64,000 nt of DNA from assembly GCF_032062105.1 (NCBI RefSeq), contig NW_026933711.1:310001-374000 (forward strand), in the 5' to 3' direction. Numbering within the stretch: position 1 is the stretch's first letter; each line of letters opens with the position of its first letter. Shown here in pieces: positions 38,901 to 47,416 of the stretch. Position numbers and translations under genes: made by a program. This stretch comes from Saccostrea cucullata (Eukaryota). The notes below the pieces were generated by a model. It made no database searches. It had not been told where the DNA came from and saw only the letters and a program-made list of their open reading frames with translations.

Positions 38901-40714
38901 AGGAGATGCATGTCGTCAAAATTGTAAAATTTCAATTTATCATTTTTTGAAAATGTTTTTAATACCTGACAACCTATGAATCCAGTTCATCCAGGATATC
39001 TGAAGATGACTTCAGAAACATCCAGAAGATATGGTTATATCCCTTGAGCAGTCAGTCCTACCGTTGGCTATAAAGGAATCAGGGGATCCTACCTGAGCCA
39101 ATAAAAAATGTCAAACTTAAATGGCATCAGAACATGTAGTAGAGGTTTTTAGAAAAGGGCAATCCTGGATAAACAAGGGGGTTAAAATATAAGTAAAACT
39201 GTGGCTAATCTTAATCTGTACCATATGAGAATGTCCTTATGTGTCACCTCAGAGTATTGCTACTTTCCTGATTTTAACAGACATTTCTATCCCTGGGGCC
39301 AGTAATTCAATAAAATTCTAAGTGGTGTCCTTAAAAAAAATCATGCTGCAGAATGAACATTTAACTTTTTGTGGGAGGTTTGAATTTGTGAGAGCTTTCA
39401 GAGTTTCACCAAAAATAAACCCAGAAAAAATGGGTTTATTCCTTCCCTGTTCACTCTGTTATTTAAGTTGTTCTTGCTCTGACTTATGTATTCTTTCTCA
39501 GTAAACAGATGCCTAATAAGTCACCAGCACAATAATGAACAATACAAGACTGCTGCCTACTGTGAAATTGCTAATTTTGTAGGGGTTAATTTCATTATTT
39601 TTGTGGTATGAAGAGAACCATCAATTCAAGTTACTGCAAATTTTGTATGTAAAAAATAACAATTAGAACCATCAATTCAAGTTACTGCAAATATTGTATG
39701 TAAAAAATAACAATTAGCACTTCCTTAACCATGATAGGTAATTCTCAAGAACCAATTTAATATTTTGTTCTTTGAAAACCACAAAAATTTGAGCCCCATG
39801 AAAATATTAAGTGATTTTACAGTAATTCTTAGACCTTATGTATACATGTATGTTGTCTCCTAGAATAATCTCATGTATTTCTACATGGAAATTTTTGTTC
39901 CCTGCAAAATAAAGATGCTATCTTAACTGTTAGAAAATAAGGGAAAAATATCAATGACCCAATACTGTAAAATCACATACTTTCGTGGGGTCAATTTTTC
40001 AAGGTTTAAGAAATATTGGTTAGTGAGGATTTGATTTCGTGGTAGAAGAAGTGTTGAGTAATAATGCGTATTAAATTTGACATTTCGTGGTGGTCATGAA
40101 TTTAAGGGTCGGATCTCTCCATTCCTTGAAAACAACGAAAATTAACCCCCATGGAAATTAATGATTTCATAGTATCACCAAATCTTCAAATTTATCAATA
40201 TATTTTCTAACCCTCTTGGAAAAAGAAAGGTCTTTAATTTTTTGTTTGGTAATCTGCTGTTAAACTGAAATAATGACACACTTATTTAAATCACTCAACC
40301 TTGCTGTGTTCTGTATCATTAATTGAATACAAATTAACATCAACAGGTATTGGTGAGTGGGATGCATATATTTCAGGCACAGGAAGATCGGTAGAGATTT
40401 TTCTCTATGTGAGATAGTTACTAGGGTTATCTTGTGTTAGAAGGCATCGCATGACATGCTTTTGATGGATGTGATAAGATGGAATGATTGACAAGTTCTG
40501 TACATCCATAGTGAGTGGTTTATGTTTTGTAGGTGAGATTAAGACAGGAGTTAGCCAGGTGTGAAATGTATACATTGTTTACTTTCTGTTTCAGAGAAGT
40601 CGAAGGTTGAGAAATCCGTGGATAATTCGGAGGAATTTGATGCAGAGGAGCATATAAGCCTTGGATTTTACTTGCCTGATAGACGAGCTATTCTACAATG
40701 CCTCGGATTAGAAG
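8688..40714 (+). CDS. GEMIN5: Gem-associated protein 5 (SMN complex, tandem WD40 propellers plus start of the TPR-like region); 18 coding exons, 3'-incomplete in this window
   Basis: Starts [14 protein letters not shown] (cf. Gemin5 LPPSPNWYC). Contains [70 protein letters not shown] and KSLFPL. The exons sum to 2728 nt with all phases consistent. Confidence 0.95.
9880..10061 (+). CDS. GEMIN5: GEMIN5 coding exon 2
   Basis: tttcag/gtgagt; [10 protein letters not shown]...[11 protein letters not shown]...VAVG. Confidence 0.92.
10218..10441. mobile_element. TA-flanked MITE
   Basis: ta|CCGTATAGTG...CACTATAGGG|ta; related to the copy at 33095-33318. Confidence 0.65.
10556..10731 (+). CDS. GEMIN5: GEMIN5 coding exon 3
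   Basis: [10 protein letters not shown]...[20 protein letters not shown]. Confidence 0.92.
11020..11095 (+). repeat. Degenerate tRNA-derived SINE fragment
   Basis: GGCCTAGTAGCTAATTGTAGAACACCTG A-box-like head; similar remnant at about 10835-10905. Confidence 0.35.
11289..11511 (+). CDS. GEMIN5: GEMIN5 coding exon 4
   Basis: [19 protein letters not shown]...MWMTLLW. Confidence 0.9.
11759..11915 (+). CDS. GEMIN5: GEMIN5 coding exon 5
   Basis: GEILRW...HTRPVF...SMDRQ. Confidence 0.9.
12206..12302 (+). CDS. GEMIN5: GEMIN5 coding exon 6
   Basis: MIFWDL...LPTLGGFVY...SPVDP. Confidence 0.92.
12512..12627 (+). CDS. GEMIN5: GEMIN5 coding exon 7
   Basis: [14 protein letters not shown]...[10 protein letters not shown]. 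Confidence 0.92.
12849..12934 (+). CDS. GEMIN5: GEMIN5 coding exon 8
   Basis: [25 protein letters not shown]. Confidence 0.92.
13108..13178 (+). CDS. GEMIN5: GEMIN5 coding exon 9
   Basis: [21 protein letters not shown]. Confidence 0.9.
13518..13648 (+). CDS. GEMIN5: GEMIN5 coding exon 10
   Basis: [14 protein letters not shown]...[10 protein letters not shown]. Confidence 0.88.
13968..14041 (+). CDS. GEMIN5: GEMIN5 coding exon 11
   Basis: [20 protein letters not shown]. Confidence 0.9.
14346..14533 (+). CDS. GEMIN5: GEMIN5 coding exon 12
   Basis: SVEIY...[12 protein letters not shown]...[10 protein letters not shown]. Confidence 0.9.
14829..14977 (+). CDS. GEMIN5: GEMIN5 coding exon 13
   Basis: [31 protein letters not shown]. 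Confidence 0.9.
15896..21716. mobile_element. Foldback-like TIR DNA transposon derivative with subterminal ~63-bp palindromic tandem arrays
   Basis: Termini CCGGTGTCATATAATATATTGAACC... and ...CAAAATATTATGCTACACCCG are imperfect inverted repeats. About 5 units at 16050-16340 and about 26 inverted units at 19890-21600. No clear TSD; superfamily uncertain. Confidence 0.8.
21951..22312. mobile_element. TA-flanked MITE (pogo/Tigger-like ends)
   Basis: ta|CCATATAATCCCTATTAACTGCCC...GGGCGGTTAATAGGGATTATTCGG|ta. Confidence 0.7.
23163..23334 (+). CDS. GEMIN5: GEMIN5 coding exon 14 (last WD40 repeat)
   Basis: VWEV...[14 protein letters not shown]...[11 protein letters not shown]. Confidence 0.92.
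24832..25068 (+). CDS. GEMIN5: GEMIN5 coding exon 15 (Lys-rich linker)
   Basis: [13 protein letters not shown]...; phase 1-1, AG/GT boundaries. Confidence 0.8.
25285..25410 (+). CDS. GEMIN5: GEMIN5 coding exon 16 (linker)
   Basis: ttccacag acceptor; open phase 1-1 exon SGFDVKSEG...RESK. Confidence 0.75.
25419..25853 (+). mobile_element. Short non-autonomous Helentron just after the exon 16 donor
   Basis: TTATGCCCCCC...GGGCATA IR, GTCG microsatellite, about 2 internal monomers, 3' GGGGGCATAA plus TGTTTTACAAACA palindrome plus TCTTGTT. Confidence 0.78.
26389..27927 (+). mobile_element. Non-autonomous Helentron with a ~146-bp tandem array
   Basis: TTAGCTCACCTCAACGAA...TTCGTTGAGGTGAGCT subTIRs, GTAATCTCTGATTAC palindrome, about 8 monomers (GACCAAACTTGCATGGATGGTACATCTTAGG). 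Confidence 0.82.
29165..29760 (+). repeat. Degenerate ~76-bp minisatellite
   Basis: Recurrent GAGTAGAGATGACAGGATTCTCTAGATGTGAAGAATAGA, about 8 units. Confidence 0.7.
31771..32318. mobile_element. Non-autonomous TIR element with subterminal GCGCCAAACCCCGATGG repeats
   Basis: Inverted subterminal motifs GCGCCAAACCCCGATGG and CCATCGGGGTTTGGCGC at the two ends; exact termini uncertain. Confidence 0.6.
33095..33318. mobile_element. TA-flanked MITE
   Basis: ta|CCGTAT...ATACGG|ta with GCTAAAAT internal repeats. Confidence 0.7.
34107..34241 (+). CDS. GEMIN5: GEMIN5 coding exon 17
   Basis: [29 protein letters not shown] (cf. Gemin5 KKRKARSLLPLS...HRSKEELHQD); donor gtaagt. Confidence 0.88.
36710..37732. 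mobile_element. Non-autonomous TIR transposon with a 5-bp TSD (hAT5-like)
   Basis: 17-bp perfect TIR CAGTGTTTTCAATAAGA; TSD TACTT (36705-36709 and 37733-37737); inserted in the 3' subTIR of a degenerate Cg170-type Helentron (about 35760-37765). Confidence 0.82.
39560..40172. mobile_element. Two related TA-flanked MITEs (39560-39822 and 39965-40172)
   Basis: ta|CTGT...ACAG/ATAG|ta ends; the first has an internal ~51-bp duplication. Confidence 0.6.
40595..40714 (+). CDS. GEMIN5: GEMIN5 coding exon 18
   Basis: [24 protein letters not shown] (cf. Gemin5 HLGLFTDRATLYRMIDIEG). Confidence 0.85.
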
Positions 40715-42024
40715 GTAGTTATGGATACAGTCATTTACATTTTGTTTTATTTCAGAACAGAGTGCAGCAAGATATTTTTTTATAGTTTTCTGCTCAAGTT
40801 TGAAAATTACTACATCTCCTGACATGTGTTAGATTATCGTAAGGAAATTCAATTTGCATGTTGTTCCAAATTTGATTTTGTTTCACTGACAAAAGTGCAC
40901 ATATGGCTCACAGATGAGCTTTCTCGAATATTTTCTCTGTTATGACACTGGGAAAAAATTAGGCTACGTAATGCTGCCAGCATGTTCAGATCTATAAATA
41001 TCATTTCTCCTCTTTTAAATCAGTTTATTCTTAAAACTTGGTAATAATCTGGAAAAATATCAGATTGAAAAAATTAGCAGACCCTAAAAAATATCATATT
41101 TTGCAAAAATTTCACATGTATAGTGCTTCCAATTACTTGTAAATCAGATTTTTTTTAGCAAACCAGCACAAATTGGCTTTCTTCCCTATCTTGTGAACTG
41201 GTATGCTTTATTCCAGCGGGACTGGAGATAGGTTAGGTTACTGGCTTGTATTAAACTTTATCTTCTATCTTGAAAAAGCGTATGTAAAATTTTCTTGTAA
41301 CTGACAGACATGGCTAATTGGATATTTGGTTTGGTTATTATTTTTCCTTCTTGGGTCATTGGCCACATGAAGTTTTCAAGCTGTCATTATCATGTCAAAA
41401 ACTTGAAAAAAAATATAAGTAAACGTTTTGCATACTTCTTATTGGCCAAGTCTTTCTCACAGAAAGAAGTAGAATAAAAAATCAAATAAACCACTTATCC
41501 ATATGGTTTATCTGTCATGCATAGATAGTCTGGAAACGGGACGTCTCTCTGACAAGCCAAGCAGCCAATGACACCAATTCTCTCTCCATCCAGAACATTT
41601 ATTACTTATCACGGGAGCTAGGTCATTGCACAAAATACTCCCAATTCTTGTTAATTAATGTTTGGAAGTTGAATTTTTAGTCACTGCAAAAGGTAATGTA
41701 TGCAGATTTAATCCATTTGATGGCATCTTGTTCATAGAAACGAGTTTCTTATGACAATTTTACGAGATTGGAGAACTTTTAGTGTTAAAAATTATTAGAA
41801 TGATATCACTTCGAATGAATTAGCAATTTCCAATTGTTGAAGACCATCAACAAGTTCTTACTCTTGGGTGAAAATAAGTTGTCAGAATTTTAATACATTT
41901 GATATGAAATAATATTTATAGGAGTACATTTTGTAATACAGACTGATAGTTATTACTTGATGATAAAGAATTCTCTACTAACTTTGTGTACATGTAGTTG
42001 CTTGCTTAAACATATACATGTATA

Positions 42025-43415
42025 TGTAACGGACCTGAGCTGCTTGGATCTCACACACAAGTACTCCTTAGAAGCCTACACGGGAATAACCCATGTAGTA
42101 CTGTGATTATTTCCGAGAATAACCCGTAAATAAAGATCTCTTATAATAACACAAGAATAACCTGTGTTTGGACTCGTAAATAACTACGGGGAAGTTAAAT
42201 GATAAGCCTTATTTAAAGTTTACAAATTTATTCAATAAATAAAAGTCACAATATGTTTTAATTAGTATTCAATTACAATAAAATTCAATGGAAGTCGGGA
42301 ATCACCCAAATTCACAATGAAATACTACACTAACACAACCTTCGTATTACGTTAATACGATAAAAGGGGGGGGCGCACTAAACGAGAATGACCCGAATAG
42401 TGAATAATAAATACTATAGAAATACCTTAGAATAACCAAAGTATTTCTGAACGAATCTATCCAACTATTTAAAGCAAGAAATTTATCTCTATAATTTCTA
42501 TATCAAATCCTAGCCTTAATTCCTGCTTGAATATTCCAATAAATGCAACTAGATTATCACTTTAAATTGATTGAATTCCTAAAATCTATCAAAGATAAAC
42601 AATTATTTACACGGAAAGACTTCAAGACTCACTTTCAGTCAAACCGTAACAAGATTATTTAATCGTTCAATATCGAGATTAACCCAATATAAACGTCCTA
42701 CGATAAATACTAGTAATTAATAGTGAAACGAGATTAACCCGTATTCACTATAAGAAAAATTGATGAATTAATTCAAAAAAATTACTAAATTCCTAATGAA
42801 AAATGCTAAGAATCAAATAAACAACCGCTAACCTCAAAATCTAAATGCCGAGTCCCACCGGCAGTTCTTATCCTCTGCTTATATCGCTCTGGAGAGTCCC
42901 CCCGGAGACCCACGCGCTTCCCTAGGGACGACCGGCAGATCTCCGGTATCACCGGCAGTCACCGGCAGCCACCGGCAATAATCATTGTCAAAATATGTTT
43001 AATAATTACAATAGATAATCGATATAAAAATATGACAATCATAATGTAAAACATTTATACAATATGACAATATTCCCTAAGTATTAGATTTCGATAAAAA
43101 TGCTTAGTACAGAGAAATTACAATTAGAATCGGGTGTGATATTCCACTAAATAATCAACATGATGGCGGTATCTATAAATAAAGTTACAGAGTTAGAAAC
43201 GATATTTACAACAAATCTAGCGTATTACAATACTGATATTAATCCAGGATAATAAAATTATAATAAAAGATCGTTCTCTTCTATATATGTAAGTACAGTG
43301 AATCATAATAAGAAATTTAACCATTATGCGATCTACAAATCATGGTATCAAATCAATGTATAGGGTAACATGAAATCTATATAAAACAAACTGCATCATT
43401 GTCACAATCGTGACA
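42025..43415 (-). repeat. Extra outer 3' LTR (copy A, 1391 bp), abutting LTR B with no spacer
   Basis: Full-length third copy ending ...GTTACA next to the TSD. Confidence 0.92.
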
Positions 43416-44818
43416 TTTAACGGACCTGAGCTGTTTGGATCTCACGCACAGATACTCCTTAGAAGCCTACACGGGAATAACCCATGTAGTACTGTGATTA
43501 TTTCCGAGAATAACCCGCAAATAAAGATCTCCTATAATAACACAAGAATAACCTGTGTTTGGACTCGTAAATAACTACGGGGAAGTTAAATGATAAGCCT
43601 TATTTAAAGTTTACAAATTTATTCAATAAATAAAAGTCACAATATGTTTTAATTAATATTCAATTACAATAAAATTCAATGGAAGTCGGGAATCACCCAA
43701 ATTCACAATGAATTACTACACTAACACAACCTTCGTATTACGTTAATACGATAAAGGGGGGGGGGGCGCACTAAACGAGAATGACCCGAATAGTGAGTAA
43801 TAAATACTATAGAAATACCTTAGAATAACCAAAGTATTTCTGAAAGAATCTACACAATCTATAAAAGCTATTTAAAGCAAGAAATTTATCTCTATAATTT
43901 CTATATCAAATCCTAGCCTTAATTCCTGCTTGAATATTCCAATAAACGTAACTAGATTATCACTTTAAATTGATTGAATTAAAATCTATCAAAGATAAAC
44001 AATTATTTACACGGAAAGACTTCAAGACTCACTTTCAGTCAAACCGTAACAAAATTATTTAATCGTTTAATATCGAGATTAACCCAATATAAACGTCCTA
44101 CGATAAATACTAGTAATTAATAGTGAAACGAGATTAACCCGTATTCACTATAAGAAAAATTGATGAATTAATTCAAAAATTACTAAATTCCTAATGAAAA
44201 ATGCTAAGAATCAAATAAACAACCGCTAACCTCAAAATCTAAATGCCGAGTCCCCCTGCAGTTCTTATCCTCTGCTTATATAGCTCTCGACAGTCCCCCC
44301 GGAGACCCACGCGCTTCCCTAGGGACGACCGGCAGATCTCCGGTACCACCGGCAGTCACCGGCAGTCACCGGCAATAATCATTGTCAAATAACGTTTAAC
44401 AATAACAATAAATAATCGGCATAAAAATATGACAACCATAATGTAAACCATTTATACAAAATGATAATATCCCCTAAGTATTAGATTTCGATAAAAATGC
44501 TTAGTACAGGGAAATTACATTTAAAATCGGGCGTGATATTCCACAAAATAATCATCATGATGGCGGTTTCTATAAATAAAGTTTCAGAATCAGAAACGAT
44601 AATTACAACTAATTCAGCTTATTACAATACTGATATTAATCCAGGATAATAAAATTAGAATCATAAGATCATGTTCTTCTAGAAACGTAAGTACAGTGAA
44701 TCAATAATAAGAAATGTAACCGATTATGCGATCAACAAATGGGGGGAAAGTATCAAATACAAACAGGGTAGCACGAATCCTATATAAAACAATCGGCATC
44801 ATTGTCACAATCGTGACA
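43416..44818 (-). repeat. Inner 3' LTR (copy B, 1403 bp; divergent, terminal CA lost)
   Basis: Directly follows the PPT; ends ...GGTCCGTTAAA instead of ...GTTACA. Confidence 0.92.
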
Positions 44819-44831
44819 TTTTCCCCCTCTT
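44819..44831 (-). other. Polypurine tract
   Basis: AAGAGGGGGAAAA immediately before TGTCAC of LTR B. Confidence 0.88.
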
Positions 44832-45125
44832 AAAACTTTGGTGTCCTCACCAAAATCTTAAGATTAAAAAAAACCAACAATACATGTCTATATACATTCA
44901 ATACATTTCTCCATCAATAATAAATTAACATTAAAAAATGTACACTAGACAAAGTCATATAATTTCCTCAGTTTCCCAATCCTAACATACTTCAATTGTT
45001 AGAAATTTTTCTTTTAATATACATCAATAAAAACAAAATTTAAAAAATGCATATACCTAAACTCTGACCATACTTACACCACATTCTAACTAAATTTCTT
45101 TACTGAAGACTTCAACGCTGGTCTG

Positions 45126-45800
45126 CTAGCCATTGTCAAAGGTCTTGTACGCAGATTTTCCAGCACCATCTTGAATCCGACTCACTTTTGTGAAAGGTAT
45201 TTTACAGCCATTCATGGCAATAAAGCTGTCATTCAAATTGATAACTGCAGGCCCAAATTGACTGTCCAACAAGATGTCCGTACCTAAGAGGCATTCATCT
45301 TCTATTCCCGCAACAGTTATCTCCCTTTGAAATTCTAGATTTCCTAACTGCACTGCAAATTCAGCCTTCCCTAAGACTTGAAGTGGGTCTCCATTGACCG
45401 CTACAAGGCTTGAAGATTCCTTTAGCTCTGGTCTTTTGTTCCCGGGGAGTCTCCAAAATATTTTGTCGGATAAGATAGTTCTTGCAGCCCCTGTGTCTGC
45501 TGTGAACTCCACTTTTATCCCTTGAATCGTTCCCTGAACGTAAATTCCATCCGCCTTGAGGAGCTGTCTCCTAATGTACTCCCTCTGAGTACACAGTTCC
45601 TCTTCCCTTGAAACGTCCCTGACGCAAGGCTGGAATTTCCCCTGGTTTTCAATTTTCTCCCCCGACTCATCTAAATTTCCACTTAAAATAGGTTCAGTTA
45701 AAATTTTACAGTCATTTTGGCCTTTGTTATTTTGGGTCGTCTCTTGGCCTCCGGAGCTGACCCCTTCTAGTTTAACGGCTTCTCCATTTTGTCTCTGCAA
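45126..45800 (-). CDS. Retropepsin-type aspartic protease in the -1 frame of gag (truncated pol)
   Basis: FTADTGAARTILS catalytic motif and CLLGTDIL C-terminal motif; overlaps the gag end; stops shortly after the protease domain. Confidence 0.88.
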   Translation of the reverse strand: MQRQNGEAVKLEGVSSGGQETTQNNKGQNDCKILTEPILSGNLDESGEKIENQGKFQPCVRDVSREEELCTQREYIRRQLLKADGIYVQGTIQGIKVEFTADTGAARTILSDKIFWRLPGNKRPELKESSSLVAVNGDPLQVLGKAEFAVQLGNLEFQREITVAGIEDECLLGTDILLDSQFGPAVINLNDSFIAMNGCKIPFTKVSRIQDGAGKSAYKTFDNG

Positions 45801-47335
45801 TCATTATCTAAGTCTCCATTCCATGTTGATTGTTGACTTGGTTGAAATTCTGATGCATCAGGTGACATGGTACTTGTAGCTTGGCTTTGGTTTGTCTCTG
45901 GCTGGTCATCTTTACTTGGTAGAGATGATGACATAGTTTTCTCAGGAGTTTTCCTGTACTGTGATTTCTCTGTCCTGCGAAAATTTCTATCCGGACACTC
46001 TCTGGCATAATGTCCGGGCATGCTGCAAATAAAGCAATTCCCTTTCGTCATCTTCACGGGATTTGCATTTCTCTTCTCAGCATAGCAATTGTCTCCCTTT
46101 CCATAATTCTTAGTCTGTCTAATAGGGTGTCTCTCTTCATTTGTGGTCATATTGGAGGTGACTGACATATAAGCAGCTACCTGCTGTACTGCCTCTTCAA
46201 TTGTTGATGGTTCTTTGTGTAATTCAATGTACTGCCGTGCCTTTGAATCCCATAAACCTTGCAAAAATTTTGAAATCAGGTCTTCCTGTCTGGTGCTGGC
46301 ATCTCTACTTGGGTGAGCCCAGTCATAAAGACGCTTAATGTCAGCAGCATACTCTTCAAGACTTTCATCTTTTCTTTGCCTTTTGTTGTTGAATTGAGTT
46401 TTGTACACTCTCTTATTTTCCAGTGTTCCAAATCTGGATTCTATTTCTGCGACTAAAGTCTCATAGTTCCCTATAATCTCCTTCTTCAGCTGACCAAAAA
46501 CAAAATCAGCTGCAATTCCCTGTATTCTTGGTAATATCTGTTGTAACTTCTCTTTAGCAGTCCACTCGGCCAACTCGGCTACAGACTCGAAGCGATTCAG
46601 CCAAACTCTCCATTTCTCGGAACCTGTGTAAGGCGGAAGCTTACAGTCAAGCTTGTGGCTATCTGACTTCTTCGACTCGAACAAATCCCTTGTGGCAATT
46701 GAATTGACAGATTGCTCCTTTTCAGACTGTTCTGAATCTTCATTTGATTCCTCATGATTGCTTTCCTTAGTTTCTGTCTCTGATTTGTTGTTGTTTGAAT
46801 TGATTCTCGAAATTCTAGGTTTCAGCTTGTTGTTTGTTGTTTGGCTGTTCACTTGTCCGAGATTTCGGGTAGTCACTTCCATCATATCCTGCATGACTTT
46901 CACTGTCTGGTTGCTTACTTGTCTGAGAGTTTGAGTAGTTGCTTCCATCATATTCTGCATGGCTTTCATTGTCTGGGCCATCTGTTCCATCATTATCTTC
47001 AAAGGGTCTGTGATAGAATTATTCTGTGATGACTGTGTAACTGGTTCTGACAGTTCTGTGTCTGTAGGGATTATCTCCCTTTGCTGACGTACAGTCCTTT
47101 TGGATCTTCTTATTTTTCTAATAGGCGTTGATATTCTAGCCTGAGTATCTGAGTCATCTTCATCCTCTGTAGAGTTGTCATTGTTGGACATGCTCTGTTC
47201 CCCTCGGAGTGATCTGTTTAACGCTGACGGCGATAAATCTATGAGGAGTTCCTCATCTGTGGATTGTCCTCTGGTATGTCCGGGATTAACGGATGGCTCC
47301 ATCCTAGTCTTAGATCTGGTATAGTACCTATGCAT
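45767..47335 (-). CDS. gag: Retrotransposon Gag (capsid plus CCHC zinc-knuckle nucleocapsid), 522 aa
   Basis: KLPPYTGSEKWRVWLNRFE capsid start; QRKDESLEEYAADI MHR-like motif; CFICSMPGHYAREC knuckle; uninterrupted ORF. Confidence 0.92.
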   Translation of the reverse strand: MHRYYTRSKTRMEPSVNPGHTRGQSTDEELLIDLSPSALNRSLRGEQSMSNNDNSTEDEDDSDTQARISTPIRKIRRSKRTVRQQREIIPTDTELSEPVTQSSQNNSITDPLKIMMEQMAQTMKAMQNMMEATTQTLRQVSNQTVKVMQDMMEVTTRNLGQVNSQTTNNKLKPRISRINSNNNKSETETKESNHEESNEDSEQSEKEQSVNSIATRDLFESKKSDSHKLDCKLPPYTGSEKWRVWLNRFESVAELAEWTAKEKLQQILPRIQGIAADFVFGQLKKEIIGNYETLVAEIESRFGTLENKRVYKTQFNNKRQRKDESLEEYAADIKRLYDWAHPSRDASTRQEDLISKFLQGLWDSKARQYIELHKEPSTIEEAVQQVAAYMSVTSNMTTNEERHPIRQTKNYGKGDNCYAEKRNANPVKMTKGNCFICSMPGHYARECPDRNFRRTEKSQYRKTPEKTMSSSLPSKDDQPETNQSQATSTMSPDASEFQPSQQSTWNGDLDNDCRDKMEKPLN

Positions 47336-47396
47336 GGATTTTTCTCAACACTGGTTCTGGGTTACGTATCTCTGGATCCACCGATGTACTTGGCAG

Positions 47397-47414
47397 ATCC
47401 CACCGCTGCCACCA
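47397..47414 (-). other. Primer-binding site complementary to the tRNA-Leu 3' end
   Basis: TGGTGGCAGCGGTGGGAT is the 18-nt complement of ATCCCACCGCTGCCACCA (3' end of metazoan tRNA-Leu AAG-type including CCA), 2 nt after the 5' LTR. Confidence 0.9.
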
Positions 47415-47416
47415 AA

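Noticed and set aside
44819-47416. Domesticated host gag gene
   Set aside because: LTRs, PBS, PPT and TSD are intact and the outer LTRs are near-identical over ~1 kb, which points to a recent mobile insertion
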